Below are positions 10,160 through 20,240 of a stretch of DNA of 64,000 nucleotides, piece by piece. Under the pieces are notes generated by a model. That model ran no database searches. It saw only the letters and a program-made list of their open reading frames with translations, and was not told the origin of the DNA. Location of the stretch: NCBI GenBank assembly GCA_038104845.1, contig JAYOBJ010000009.1, forward strand, positions 1,627-65,626, in the 5' to 3' direction. The position numbers and the translations under genes were made by a program. Every line of letters begins with the position of its first letter. Position 1 is the first letter of the stretch. This DNA comes from Methanobacteriota archaeon. Lineage in GTDB: Archaea > Thermoplasmatota > Poseidoniia > Poseidoniales > Poseidoniaceae.

Positions 10160-10642
10160 ATGCAAGTTCTCATGGAAACCAGCGCCGGCAACATCACCAT
10201 CGACCTCTTCCACGGCAGTGCTCCCGACACCGTCGCCAACTTCGTGAAGTTGGTTCAATCCGGTCATTACGACGGTTTGCACTTCCACCGTGTCATCGAG
10301 GATTTCATGATTCAAGGCGGCTGCCCGCACTCCAAGGACCCCATGTCCCGCCGAGCAGGCACGGGCGGGCCCGGCTGGCAAATCCCCTGTGAGCCTTCAG
10401 CGCTCAAGTTGAAGCACGACAAACCCGGCATCCTCTCGATGGCCAACGCAGGCCGCAACACCGGTGGGTCCCAATTCTTCCTGACCACCGTGGCCACCCC
10501 GTGGCTCAACGGCAACCATGCCGTCTTCGGGGAAGTCAGCGATGGCATGGACGTCGTTCACGCCATCGAGCGCTGCAAGAAGCTGCCCGGCGACCGACCC
10601 GCGGAGCCCCAACAGATCATCCGCTGCTCGCTCGTGGAGTGA
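10160..10642 (+). CDS. Cyclophilin-type peptidyl-prolyl cis-trans isomerase
   Basis: FHRVIEDFMIQGG, LSMANAG, GSQFF, WLNGNHAVFG. Confidence 0.96.
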   Translation: MQVLMETSAGNITIDLFHGSAPDTVANFVKLVQSGHYDGLHFHRVIEDFMIQGGCPHSKDPMSRRAGTGGPGWQIPCEPSALKLKHDKPGILSMANAGRNTGGSQFFLTTVATPWLNGNHAVFGEVSDGMDVVHAIERCKKLPGDRPAEPQQIIRCSLVE

Positions 10643-10651
10643 GGCGATCCC

Positions 10652-11605
10652 ATGGTCGTCCTCGCCGTTCACGGCGGTGCGGGCGGAGACGGGCCATGGC
10701 GTGGACTGACGCAAGCCGACCCGGCGCGATTGGCGTGCATGCAGGATTTACTGGGCGACCTCGGGCAGCGCTTGGCCAACGGCGACATCGATGCGCTCGA
10801 AGCGGTGACGCTCGCCGTGGAAGCCATGGAGGACGAGCCGTTGTTCAACGCCGGCGTCGGCTCGGTGCTCGACGCCAACGGCGAGGTCACGATGGACGCG
10901 AGCATCATGCGCGGCGTCGACCGTGCCGCCGGTGCGGTGGTCAACGTGCGCCGCGCCAGCCACCCGATTCGGGTGGCCAATCGCTTGCTGCATCAAGAAT
11001 GGCCGGTGATGCTGGTGGGCGACGCCGCCGACGCCTTTGCTGACCGCGAGGGCATGCCGTTGCAGCCCAACGGCCAATTCATCACTGAACTGCGACGAGC
11101 CCAATGGCAGAAGTGGAAGGACAGTGCCATGCGACCGGGTGCCACCGACGAGGACGACGAGGCGGTGCTCGACCATGACCTCGAGGACACCCCCGGCATG
11201 GGCACCGTCGGTGCGGTGGCCCTGGACCTCAACGGTCAACTCGCCGCCGCAACATCAACCGGGGGCATGACGGGAAAGCCCGACGGACGGGTGGGTGATA
11301 CGCCCATCATCGGGGCTGGCACGTGGTGCGACGATCGCGTGGCGGTCTCGTGCACAGGGGTCGGTGAAGCGTTCATCCGGACCTGTGCAGCTCGCACCTT
11401 GGCCTTCCACCACGAACGGATGGATTTGGAGGAAGCGGGGCAACGGGTGCTCGACGATGTGGCGCCGTTGGGTGGACGCGGGGGCCTCATCGCCGTCGAT
11501 GCGCAGGGCAACGTCGTGCTGCCGTTTCAAACCATGCTGATGTACCGCGGGCTGTACCAAAGCGGCACCGTCACCGTGGGCATCGGCCCCGATTGGGAAG
11601 CGTAA
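10652..11605 (+). CDS. iaaA: Isoaspartyl peptidase / L-asparaginase (Ntn hydrolase)
   Basis: VHGGAG, FNAGVGS, autocleavage GTVGAVA, ATSTGG, GRVGDTPIIGAG. Confidence 0.93.
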   Translation: MVVLAVHGGAGGDGPWRGLTQADPARLACMQDLLGDLGQRLANGDIDALEAVTLAVEAMEDEPLFNAGVGSVLDANGEVTMDASIMRGVDRAAGAVVNVRRASHPIRVANRLLHQEWPVMLVGDAADAFADREGMPLQPNGQFITELRRAQWQKWKDSAMRPGATDEDDEAVLDHDLEDTPGMGTVGAVALDLNGQLAAATSTGGMTGKPDGRVGDTPIIGAGTWCDDRVAVSCTGVGEAFIRTCAARTLAFHHERMDLEEAGQRVLDDVAPLGGRGGLIAVDAQGNVVLPFQTMLMYRGLYQSGTVTVGIGPDWEA

Positions 11606-11636
11606 GTTCATCACCCGACCGCCAAGCGAATCCTCC

Positions 11637-12815
11637 ATGCCACTGGACGCCAAGGAAGCCCTTCGTCGTGCGGACCTCATTCGCAGCGACCGTTCCATGC
11701 CCGGCGTGACCCGAGAGAACGTGGCTGAGGCGGACGACGAGGTGCTGTGGGCCTACACCGACCCCAACGGCGAACCGGTCGCCGATGAGGAAACCGTTCA
11801 GCGTTGGAACGCCCTCGCCCTGCCACCTGCATGGACCGAAGTGTGGATCTGTGCCCACCCGAGGGGCCACATTCAGGCCACCGGCAAGGACGCCAAGGGT
11901 CGTTTGCAATACCGTTACCACTCCGAATGGATCGACATCACCGCCGAAATGAAGTACGATGACGTCGTCTATTTCGCCTCCCAACTTCCGCGACTTCGGC
12001 GTCAAATGAACGTCGACATTGAGGACGCTTCCATGACCTTGCAAACCGTGTCGGCCTTGGTGGTGAAATTGATGGACCTGTACAACATTCGGGTCGGCAG
12101 CGACGAATACGCCAAGTCCAACGAATCCTACGGCCTGACCACGTTGAAATCGATGCACCTTGAACACGTTCGCGGGAAACGAGCCGAAGGACGGCACGAT
12201 GCTATTTTTGCATTCACGGGCAAGTCGGGCAAAGAGTGGCACATCACCATTGAGGACGATCATCTCGTGGATCTGATCCTCCGCACCAACCGACTGGGGG
12301 CAGAAGACGCCGACCTGTTCATGTACGTCTCCGAGGCCGGCAACGAAGTGGACCTCAAAGCCGAACACATCAATCAATACATCAAAGCCACCACCGGCGA
12401 CGGTTTTACGGCCAAGAACTTCCGAACATGGGGCGCCACCTACCGCTGTGCTGAGCGTTTGGCGTTCCTCGCAGAACCGAGGGAAGAATCGGCCATGGCG
12501 GCATGGATGAATTCCCTGCCTGAGGTTGACAGCTTGGGGAAGTTGTGGTCCGGCGGGGCATGGACCGTCCCGGAGAACGAAAGCGCTCGCAACAAAGCCC
12601 TGCTTGCCGTGATCGACACCGTCGCTGCCGATTTGGGCAACACGCGAGCCGTGTGCCGATCGTCGTACATTCATCCGTGGTTCATGGACGCGTGGATGAA
12701 TGGCACCTTGCTGGACACCTGGAACGAGTTCGTGGACATGCGTCGCATCAACGGCATGAGCGAAGGCGAGTCCATCACCCTGCGGATTTTGAAGAAACTC
12801 CGGGCCGATTCGTAG
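11637..12815 (+). CDS. DNA topoisomerase IB, bacterial/poxvirus-like short type
   Basis: [65 protein letters not shown]. Confidence 0.93.
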   Translation: MPLDAKEALRRADLIRSDRSMPGVTRENVAEADDEVLWAYTDPNGEPVADEETVQRWNALALPPAWTEVWICAHPRGHIQATGKDAKGRLQYRYHSEWIDITAEMKYDDVVYFASQLPRLRRQMNVDIEDASMTLQTVSALVVKLMDLYNIRVGSDEYAKSNESYGLTTLKSMHLEHVRGKRAEGRHDAIFAFTGKSGKEWHITIEDDHLVDLILRTNRLGAEDADLFMYVSEAGNEVDLKAEHINQYIKATTGDGFTAKNFRTWGATYRCAERLAFLAEPREESAMAAWMNSLPEVDSLGKLWSGGAWTVPENESARNKALLAVIDTVAADLGNTRAVCRSSYIHPWFMDAWMNGTLLDTWNEFVDMRRINGMSEGESITLRILKKLRADS

Positions 12816-12847
12816 GCTTCATAGATTGGCTCCGCCGCCTTCTGGCC

Positions 12848-14245
12848 ATGAGCGACGTCCGCATTGAAACCGACACCATGGGGGAACTGGAAGTCCCCGC
12901 CGACCGGTATTACGGATGCCAAACAGCTCGGTCGTTGCTCAACTTTGACATCGGTCACGACACCATGCCGGTGGGCGTCATTCGGGCTTTTGGTGTCCTC
13001 AAGCAAGCAGCAGCCAAGACGAACGTGGCACTGAAGCAGTTGGAGCCTGAAGTGGGTGACCTCATCATCGCTGCATCTCAAGAAGTGATCGACGGCCACC
13101 TCAACGACCATTTTCCCCTGCGCGTCTGGCAAACCGGAAGCGGCACGCAATCCAACATGAACAGCAATGAAGTCATCGCGAATCGCGCCATCGAAATCGC
13201 CGGTGGGGCGATGGGATCGAAATCCCCGGTTCACCCCAACGACCACGTCAACCGGGCGCAATCCTCCAACGACACCTTTCCCACCGCCATGCACATCGCC
13301 GCTGCCGAAGCCTTCACCCATCGGCTTCTGCCCAGTGTACGCGCCCTGCGGGACGCCCTCAACGAAAAAGCGGACGCGTGGATGAACATCGTGAAGATCG
13401 GACGAACGCACTTGATGGACGCTGTGCCGCTCACCTTGGGCCAGGAAGCCTCCGGGTGGGTGGCACAATTGGACGCCGACCTGCGGCGGCTTGACTTTGC
13501 CCTCGATGACCTGTTCGAACTGGCCCTCGGTGGAACCGCCGTGGGCACGGGCCTCAACGCTCACCCGTTGTTCGCCCAGATGGTCGCCGATGAAATCGCC
13601 AACATCACCGGCCTTACGTTTTGTTCAGCCGACAACAAGTTCGCTCAACTGGCCGCTCACGACGCCATCGTGGCTGCCTCCGGTGCCTTGAACACCCTGG
13701 CTGCTTCGTTGATGAAGATCGCCAACGACGTGCGTTGGTTGGGTTCCGGACCACGGTGCGGTTTGGGCGAACTCTCCCTGCCAGCCAACGAACCCGGTTC
13801 GTCCATCATGCCCGGCAAGGTCAACCCCACCCAATCCGAAGCGATGACCATGGTGTGCTGCCAGGTCATGGGCAACCACACGGCCATCACCATCGGTGGG
13901 AGTCAGGGCAACTTCGAGTTGAACGTCTTCAAGCCGATGATGATTCACAATTTCCTCCACTCCGTCGACCTGCTGACCGACGCCTGCCGCACGTTCAGGG
14001 AAAAATGCGTGGAAGGGTTGGAGCCGGTGGAGGCCAACATTCAGCAGCATCTGGAGAACTCGCTGATGTTGGTCACGGCGCTCAACAACCACATCGGCTA
14101 CGATAAAGCGGCCAAAATCGCCAAAAACGCCCACGAGAAAGGGATCACGCTCCGCGAATCTGCTTTGGAACTCGAGTACCTGACGAACAACGACTTCGAG
14201 GCGTGGGTCCGCCCCGAGACCATGGTTGGGCATCTGCCTGAATGA
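12848..14245 (+). CDS. fumC: Fumarate hydratase class II
   Basis: [40 protein letters not shown]. Confidence 0.97.
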   Translation: MSDVRIETDTMGELEVPADRYYGCQTARSLLNFDIGHDTMPVGVIRAFGVLKQAAAKTNVALKQLEPEVGDLIIAASQEVIDGHLNDHFPLRVWQTGSGTQSNMNSNEVIANRAIEIAGGAMGSKSPVHPNDHVNRAQSSNDTFPTAMHIAAAEAFTHRLLPSVRALRDALNEKADAWMNIVKIGRTHLMDAVPLTLGQEASGWVAQLDADLRRLDFALDDLFELALGGTAVGTGLNAHPLFAQMVADEIANITGLTFCSADNKFAQLAAHDAIVAASGALNTLAASLMKIANDVRWLGSGPRCGLGELSLPANEPGSSIMPGKVNPTQSEAMTMVCCQVMGNHTAITIGGSQGNFELNVFKPMMIHNFLHSVDLLTDACRTFREKCVEGLEPVEANIQQHLENSLMLVTALNNHIGYDKAAKIAKNAHEKGITLRESALELEYLTNNDFEAWVRPETMVGHLPE

Positions 14246-14246
14246 A

Positions 14247-15317
14247 TCAACCCCTCAACGCTCTGAGTTTGGCTTGCAAGGCAGAGGCGCGCTCGTTCTG
14301 AGGCTCATGGATGGCTGCGTGGCGTGTCGACCAACGTCGCTCAAAGAGCCCCTGCTCCCACACGCGCACCTCGCCATCCTCGTACCCAACCGCCACACGC
14401 TGACCGTTCGCGTGGAGGTGGCGGACACGAGCGGTGCGCACGGACGCCAGCACGCCGCCGTCGTCCGCTCGCAACACGAAGAGTTCACTGCCTTGGGCTG
14501 CTGCACGCGCCACCCAAAGCAGCCCTGAGCCGTCGATCATCAGAGCCTCGCCCTGTGCATGGACCTCTGCGCCGCTCGCCGTCCATCGCTTGGTACCGTC
14601 CATTTCGCGAACGGTGAATTGCCCGCCCTCGGTGGTCACGGCGTAACCGAAGGCCGTCCCGTTGAGGGCGGTGATGCTGCTGGCCTCGACGCTCAGGCGA
14701 GTGCCGTCCACCCCCCACACACTACCATCGGCGCACCCAAAGGCGGCGATGACGGGCCCCGCACCACCGCAGGTCACCGGCGAATCCCCCGGGACGTGCT
14801 CAAACGGCGGTCCGTTCGTGAGGTCGAGCCAGCCGCACCTCGGCCGTCCGAGGCCAGCCAGCAAACGACCACCGGACGCCAAAACGGCCCACGGCCGTTC
14901 GTCCAACCGCTCCACCCACTGCAAATCCCCTTCCGGAGCGAAGCACCACACGGCCGATTCCAAAAAGTCGTGATGCTCGATGTCGTACACCGACGACACG
15001 GCGAGCACCTGGCCGTTCCACCAACGCACATCGTCAGCGCTGCCTTCCAGTGGCACCGACCACATCACGTCCCCTGTGCTGCGATCGATGTGCAGCACGT
15101 GCAGGCCGCTTGTGGCCAACATTGAGGTCGAACCCACCGCAAGTGCACTGACACGATCGGGCGTCGAGGTCTTCCACACCAAGGTGCCGTCGGCGTCCCA
15201 CATGGCCAACAAACCGTCCCAACCGCCGGCGACCACTTCGCCCTCATCGGTGAGATGGACCACGGACACCGACTGACCCAGCGACCGCACCATCCAAGCG
15301 GCGTCGCCGAGGTCCAT
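14247..15317 (-). CDS. WD40/PQQ-like beta-propeller protein
   Basis: Repeated G.DG.v..W and 'G...W' blade motifs; start uncertain (15317 or 15356). Confidence 0.7.
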   Translation of the reverse strand: MDLGDAAWMVRSLGQSVSVVHLTDEGEVVAGGWDGLLAMWDADGTLVWKTSTPDRVSALAVGSTSMLATSGLHVLHIDRSTGDVMWSVPLEGSADDVRWWNGQVLAVSSVYDIEHHDFLESAVWCFAPEGDLQWVERLDERPWAVLASGGRLLAGLGRPRCGWLDLTNGPPFEHVPGDSPVTCGGAGPVIAAFGCADGSVWGVDGTRLSVEASSITALNGTAFGYAVTTEGGQFTVREMDGTKRWTASGAEVHAQGEALMIDGSGLLWVARAAAQGSELFVLRADDGGVLASVRTARVRHLHANGQRVAVGYEDGEVRVWEQGLFERRWSTRHAAIHEPQNERASALQAKLRALRG

Positions 15318-15438
15318 GCCCACAGGAAAGCGCTGCACGCCATAAGTGGGTCGCATCGTTGTGCTTCAGAGCCGTTGTTACCGGAGCGAATTGGACCAGC
15401 GGCGAACAATCAAAGGCTACCGAACGGCACTCACGCCC

Positions 15439-15939
15439 ATGGAAACCGATGTGTTGCACGCCATGCTCGCCGGGAACAACCAAGCCTACGCTGCGTCCTT
15501 TGACAGCGAGGGCGTCCCTGGGCAAGCCGGCACGTCGTTGCTGGTCCTGACCTGCATGGACTCAAGAATCGTGCCGCATGAGGCACTGGGGTTGGGCGTG
15601 GGTGACATGAAAGTCATTCGCAACGCCGGCGGACAGGTCAACCCAGAGGTGCTCAACGACATGGTCCTCGCCAGCCACCTTTTGAACTGCCAAAACATTG
15701 TCATCATGCCCCACACCCGATGTGCGATGGCCAGCTTGTCGCTCCTTGATGTTCGCACCAAGTTGTCGGACTTGAGCGGCAAGGACTTCGCCGAATTTTC
15801 CCCTCGCATGATTGAGGACGCACACGCCAAATTGGCCGCCGATGTGGCCACCGTGAAGGCGCACCCATTGCTCAAGCCCGGCGTAAATGTGCGCGGCGCC
15901 GTGTACGATGTTGACACCGGTCGAATCACATGGCACTGA
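15439..15939 (+). CDS. Beta-class carbonic anhydrase
   Basis: LTCMDSR, VIRNAGG, HTRC zinc ligands, YDVDTG. Confidence 0.92.
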   Translation: METDVLHAMLAGNNQAYAASFDSEGVPGQAGTSLLVLTCMDSRIVPHEALGLGVGDMKVIRNAGGQVNPEVLNDMVLASHLLNCQNIVIMPHTRCAMASLSLLDVRTKLSDLSGKDFAEFSPRMIEDAHAKLAADVATVKAHPLLKPGVNVRGAVYDVDTGRITWH

Positions 15940-16465
15940 CGCTTGGCCAAGGTCGTTCGTCGTCCCACGCCGCCCAGGCTTCAACCCAAGGTTCCATGAA
16001 CGGTTCCAAGGCGTAGCCAAGGTCGGTCATCACTTCGGCCGGAACAGCCGTCCCGCCTTTACGCCGCAGTCCAGCGCGAACCAGGGCAGACGAACAGACA
16101 GCATCGCCCTGCTGAACGGTGTGTTGGAAATAGAAAAACTTCCCATCCATCCCGACCAAGCGTGTTCGGATGACGGCTTTTCGAAATGGACGCACACGCT
16201 TCCGATAGCGAATGCTCGAACCACCGACCACGAAGGCCAATTTGTTTCGCCGCACGTACCGCACCAGCCCCATGGGAAACGCCACACCGTACCGGGCGAG
16301 GTCAAACATCACGAAGTGGCGCCCGTTGTTGACTTCTGGATACACATCAAGATCGCCCAACATCGGCCGATAACTCATCGTGAACTCGGAAGCCAAATCC
16401 ACGTGCTTCGGCCGTCGAAACGCATGCTTGAGGAGCAGCCTGGCCACCCGAAGGTAAGGGTACAT
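15926..16465 (-). CDS. Hotdog-fold thioesterase family protein
   Basis: DLD...EVNNGRH....DLAR motif; IRYRK. Confidence 0.8.
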   Translation of the reverse strand: MYPYLRVARLLLKHAFRRPKHVDLASEFTMSYRPMLGDLDVYPEVNNGRHFVMFDLARYGVAFPMGLVRYVRRNKLAFVVGGSSIRYRKRVRPFRKAVIRTRLVGMDGKFFYFQHTVQQGDAVCSSALVRAGLRRKGGTAVPAEVMTDLGYALEPFMEPWVEAWAAWDDERPWPSVSAM

Positions 16466-16505
16466 GGCGACGGCTCCAGCCTTGGGGTGATGAACGCACC
16501 GGCGT

Positions 16506-17384
16506 TCACATCAACGGGATGCGACGTCGCGGGACGGCGAAGGTCAACACAAAGGCCATCAGGCCCAAGATGCAAGCCGAATAGTAGTGCCCCATCGTGA
16601 AAAACGACAGGATGGAAGCGGTCCGAAGCATGGCCACTGAGCCGGATTTCAAGGCCCACAGAGCAAACCCTGCACCAATGAGGGCGAGGCCCATGAACCC
16701 GAAGCCGATCAAAATGTAGCCGGTGGCCGCACTCGGGTCCATGAGTGGGTGGTCCATCTGAGAAGACGTTCGGTCCACGGTTCGGATTTCACAATCGGTT
16801 CCGTCAGCGGTGTCGCACGGAGCCTCAGCAAACGTTTGACTGGATGGCACATTGAACGTCAGCGTGGTGAAACCAATGGGTTCGATGAGGGCCGGTGGGG
16901 AGAGGAGAACCCGGTTCGCGAACACGTCCCGATGACCGTCCCGTTCCACAATGATGTCCACACGGACCAGGCCGGGGTCCAACCGTTCGAGTTGGAAGGC
17001 GCCGTCCTCGTCGGTGAGGTTCTCCATTGAGCGCCACTGGCTGGTGTTCGTGTCCTTCCACGAAACGTAGACGGTGGCGTTGTTCAACGGCGACCCTGTG
17101 TGGTCCAGCACCGTTCCACGAAACGTGGCTGAGGCGTCGGGGGCGGTCAACGCCAAGCGGTAAACGAATTCATCGGGGCGCACCAACCCTTCGTCCGGTG
17201 AGGCGTAATCAAGGCCGTTGAGGAACCCAAACATGCACACGAAGAGCAGAAACACGGCGATGGATGTGCCCATGGGATGCAGCCGGGGGTCAGCAACGGT
17301 CAGCACTGCATCGGAATTGGCAAACAACACCGTGGATTCTTCGATGACGTCGTCGAGGTAGGACGGGGCATCCTCCTCGGGCAT
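16506..17384 (-). CDS. Membrane protein with a carboxypeptidase-regulatory-like (Ig-like) domain
   Basis: TM helix, then GTVLD..G.PL.NATV...TDEDGAF.L..L.PG, then three C-terminal TM helices. Confidence 0.7.
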   Translation of the reverse strand: MPEEDAPSYLDDVIEESTVLFANSDAVLTVADPRLHPMGTSIAVFLLFVCMFGFLNGLDYASPDEGLVRPDEFVYRLALTAPDASATFRGTVLDHTGSPLNNATVYVSWKDTNTSQWRSMENLTDEDGAFQLERLDPGLVRVDIIVERDGHRDVFANRVLLSPPALIEPIGFTTLTFNVPSSQTFAEAPCDTADGTDCEIRTVDRTSSQMDHPLMDPSAATGYILIGFGFMGLALIGAGFALWALKSGSVAMLRTASILSFFTMGHYYSACILGLMAFVLTFAVPRRRIPLM

Positions 17385-17404
17385 GCCCGTCGGTGGACGC
17401 TGGA

Positions 17405-18787
17405 TTACTTGACCTCAGCGCGCGAGCCCCACCGGTGGAGGAAGCGTTGGCGAGCGGGCGAAGCCATCCACACCTCTACACGCAGGCTGCCATCGTCGAG
17501 CTCCGTTGTGTTTTGAACCAACCCTGCGTCGTGGACGTCGGCCAGCAGTTTGCCAAGCGGCGCCTCCATTCCCGTTGGATCGTACCGAAGCAGCAAGGTG
17601 GTCATGGCGCCGAACAGTTGGATGCACATCACGGCCTTCATGGCTTCCAAACCTGTGCCGTCGAGGGTGGAAACACCGATGCGTTCCACAAAACCCGACC
17701 AACGGTCCTCCTCAAGCAATCGATCGAAATCCTCTGTGGAAATGCGGTCGACTTTCGTGTACACCAACACGACCGGGGGCGGTTGCAACCCAGCCTCCTC
17801 CTCGAGGTGTTGGTGCCGTTCAAACACCTCGCGTTGCGTGGTGGCAAGTTTGCGCTCAATTTCCGAAGCCGAGTCCGAAGCATCCACCAACACCATCACC
17901 AAATCGGCTTCTATCGCCTCAGCGATAGTTGCACGAAATGCCGATAGTGTAGCATTTGGTATGTTGTCAATAAAACCGATCGTGTCCGCCAACAAGATGC
18001 GGGGGCTCTCCTCCATGCGCCCCACCGTGGTCTCCAACGTGGAGAACAACCGGTCCTCCACCAGCGCTGATTTGCCGGACAATCGGCGAAACAAAGAGGA
18101 TTTGCCAGCGTTGGTGTACCCGACAAAGCCAACGGTGAAGGCGCCCGATCGTTCGCGTTGACGGCGGTGTTCTCGCTGAGCACGGACATGCCGTTGCTGA
18201 CGACGTCGTAAATTGGTCAATTCTCGGTTAACGTTGGCGATGACGTTCTGCAGGGCAGTGACCCCTCCGCCGCCGAACCCCGCTCGCTCGCCCGTGGTTT
18301 GTTGGTGGACCGCTTCGCGAAGGACGGTGCGATCGGACTGCAGCTGCGCAATGCGGACCTGCGTGCGTGCTTCCACCGACGAAGCATGCGAAGTGAACAG
18401 CGCCAACAACAAACGAACGCGATCCCAGACCTCCACGTTCACGACGCGATGAACACCCACCAACTGCCTCGGGGTGGCGTTGGTGTGCAGGAGGACCAGG
18501 TCAACACCGGACCACGGGTGGGTCGGATGTGCCGTTCCCAGTTCGTCGGCCACATCGTCCAGACGGCCTTTGCCAAAGTACGTACGCGGATCGGCCTGCC
18601 CGACTTGCCGGACGACAGCCACCACATCGATGTCCATGGTGGTCACCAAAGCTTCCATCTCGGCGATGTCCTCGTCCCCTCGAACCAGCAGCACAGCCCG
18701 GCGCCCTTCGTGATTGGTCCGGGCTTCGCCGAGCACCACGCCGCCGCTGCCCGCCAAAACGGTGGGTTGCGGCGCACCGTGTCCCAT
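17405..18787 (-). CDS. hflX: GTPase HflX
   Basis: YFGKGRL, VWDR..L.L..F..HA.S.EA..QV, GYTNAGKSS, LFSTLETT, DTIGF, TKVD; start 18787 or 18811. Confidence 0.93.
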   Translation of the reverse strand: MGHGAPQPTVLAGSGGVVLGEARTNHEGRRAVLLVRGDEDIAEMEALVTTMDIDVVAVVRQVGQADPRTYFGKGRLDDVADELGTAHPTHPWSGVDLVLLHTNATPRQLVGVHRVVNVEVWDRVRLLLALFTSHASSVEARTQVRIAQLQSDRTVLREAVHQQTTGERAGFGGGGVTALQNVIANVNRELTNLRRRQQRHVRAQREHRRQRERSGAFTVGFVGYTNAGKSSLFRRLSGKSALVEDRLFSTLETTVGRMEESPRILLADTIGFIDNIPNATLSAFRATIAEAIEADLVMVLVDASDSASEIERKLATTQREVFERHQHLEEEAGLQPPPVVLVYTKVDRISTEDFDRLLEEDRWSGFVERIGVSTLDGTGLEAMKAVMCIQLFGAMTTLLLRYDPTGMEAPLGKLLADVHDAGLVQNTTELDDGSLRVEVWMASPARQRFLHRWGSRAEVK

Positions 18788-18836
18788 GAGCGGACCAACG
18801 GTTAGTCTCATATCAGCCCACCCCACGAACAACCTC

Positions 18837-19061
18837 ATGGACGAACACCACACGGCGGTCCTGAACTGGGAAGGCTCCCCCGAAGCAGCCGAACAAATGG
18901 TGGCGTGTGCCAACGAACACCAAACCGAAGTGGTGCGCAACGAACAAGCTGGTGAGGTGCGTTTGACGGTGACCATGCGTCGCAGCGACTTGCAAACCCT
19001 TCGCGACGACATGGATGCGTTGTTGGTGGCGTTGGCGGACATCGGGCCGGGCGATTCCTGA
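18837..19061 (+). CDS. Small protein, probable KEOPS subunit Pcc1-like
   Basis: 74 aa; C-terminal LTVTMRRSDLQTLRDDMDALL resembles the Pcc1 pattern. Confidence 0.5.
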   Translation: MDEHHTAVLNWEGSPEAAEQMVACANEHQTEVVRNEQAGEVRLTVTMRRSDLQTLRDDMDALLVALADIGPGDS

Positions 19062-19082
19062 GGTGATGATGTCGACGACGAT

Positions 19083-19424
19083 GTGCTGTTGATCGATGGC
19101 CACTGCGTGCTCTGCAACGGCTTGGCCGGCTTCTTGAGGGCGCGGCAACCCCCCGGCCGCGCCCTTGACATCGTGGCCATTGAATCCGAGGAGGGGCGAG
19201 CCATCATCGACACCTTTTCACCGCGTCATCAACGCATGGACACGGTGTACTACCGCCGGAACGGAAAGGTCCACGTCCGTTCAGCGGCTGCGGTGCGTTT
19301 GCTCTTGACGATGCGCTGGTACCATGCGGTGTGGTTTCCCCTCGCATGGTTGGTTCCGTTGCCGTTGCGTGACGGTGCATACTGGTTGGTGTCCAAGCTG
19401 CGTCATCGACTCGGGCGGGTCTGA
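19083..19424 (+). CDS. DCC1-like thiol-disulfide oxidoreductase (DUF393)
   Basis: DGHCVLC (DxxCxxC), RSAAA, P..LRD..Y..V...R. Confidence 0.85.
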   Translation: MLLIDGHCVLCNGLAGFLRARQPPGRALDIVAIESEEGRAIIDTFSPRHQRMDTVYYRRNGKVHVRSAAAVRLLLTMRWYHAVWFPLAWLVPLPLRDGAYWLVSKLRHRLGRV

Positions 19425-19427
19425 GGG

Positions 19428-20207
19428 TCAATCGTTCAGGTCGAGCACCAACGGGGCGTGGTCGGAGACCTCTAAACCGCCCTCTCGGACAATGGTGCAC
19501 GACGTGAACCGACCCATTGCAGCAGGGTTCAGCAGAAAGTAATCGATGCGCCAACCCCGGTCCTTGGCTCTCGCTTGCCCTCGATTGGACCACCAAGAGT
19601 AGGTCTTCACCCCTTCACCTGCATGATGTCGGAAGGCATCCACCCATCCATCGGCAAGCAGATCGGTGAACCACTGTCGCTCATGGGGCAAAAAACCTGA
19701 ATTCTTGGCGTTGCCCTTGGGGTTCCAGATGTCGTCTTCGGTGTGAGCGATGTTGAGGTCGCCGCACACGATCACCGGTCGCTCGTCACCAAGGTAGGGC
19801 AGGATGAACTGCCGCCACTCTTCCATCCAGGTTTCTTTGAAGTGTTGACGTTCGTCTTTGCTGGAACCGCTGGGCAAGTAGGTGTTGATGCACACCACGC
19901 CGTCCACCTCCGCCACAAGGACACGCCCCTCGCTGTCGATGGGGTCGGTGGTACCTCCGTGCCCGCGGGCCACGACGCGGTGGGGTTGGAGGGTGGCGGT
20001 GAGCACCCCCGAATAGCCCTTCTTTTCTGCGGGATGCAACGACACGTGCCAGCCTTCAGGCCAGTCCCAATCCTTGGGCAATTGTTCCTCAAGCGTACGG
20101 GTTTCCTGCAGCATCGTCACATCGGCCTGAAAGGTGTCCACGTAACCGTCGAACCCCTTCCGGATGGCTGCCCTCAAACCGTTCACGTTCCACGAAACGA
20201 AGCGCAT
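19428..20207 (-). CDS. xth: Exodeoxyribonuclease III / AP endonuclease
   Basis: SWNVNGLRA, LQET, KGYSGV, GDLNIAH, GWRIDY, SDHAP. Confidence 0.96.
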   Translation of the reverse strand: MRFVSWNVNGLRAAIRKGFDGYVDTFQADVTMLQETRTLEEQLPKDWDWPEGWHVSLHPAEKKGYSGVLTATLQPHRVVARGHGGTTDPIDSEGRVLVAEVDGVVCINTYLPSGSSKDERQHFKETWMEEWRQFILPYLGDERPVIVCGDLNIAHTEDDIWNPKGNAKNSGFLPHERQWFTDLLADGWVDAFRHHAGEGVKTYSWWSNRGQARAKDRGWRIDYFLLNPAAMGRFTSCTIVREGGLEVSDHAPLVLDLND

Positions 20208-20240
20208 GAACAGCCTCCAGACTCGGCGGTGAATAAGGAT

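Noticed and set aside
11637-12815. Tyrosine recombinase/integrase interpretation
   Set aside because: The motifs are specific to TopIB (GRxQYxY, YGLTTL, GKxG, KxFRTW).
19059-19061. In-frame TGA as selenocysteine
   Set aside because: It lies in a linker, not at a Cys-equivalent position, and the Gpx in this window uses Cys.
18788-19213. N-terminal extension of the 602-aa hflX ORF (likewise the extended starts of fumC, nadC and the FAD oxidoreductase)
   Set aside because: These extensions overlap neighbouring genes; homology starts at downstream ATGs.
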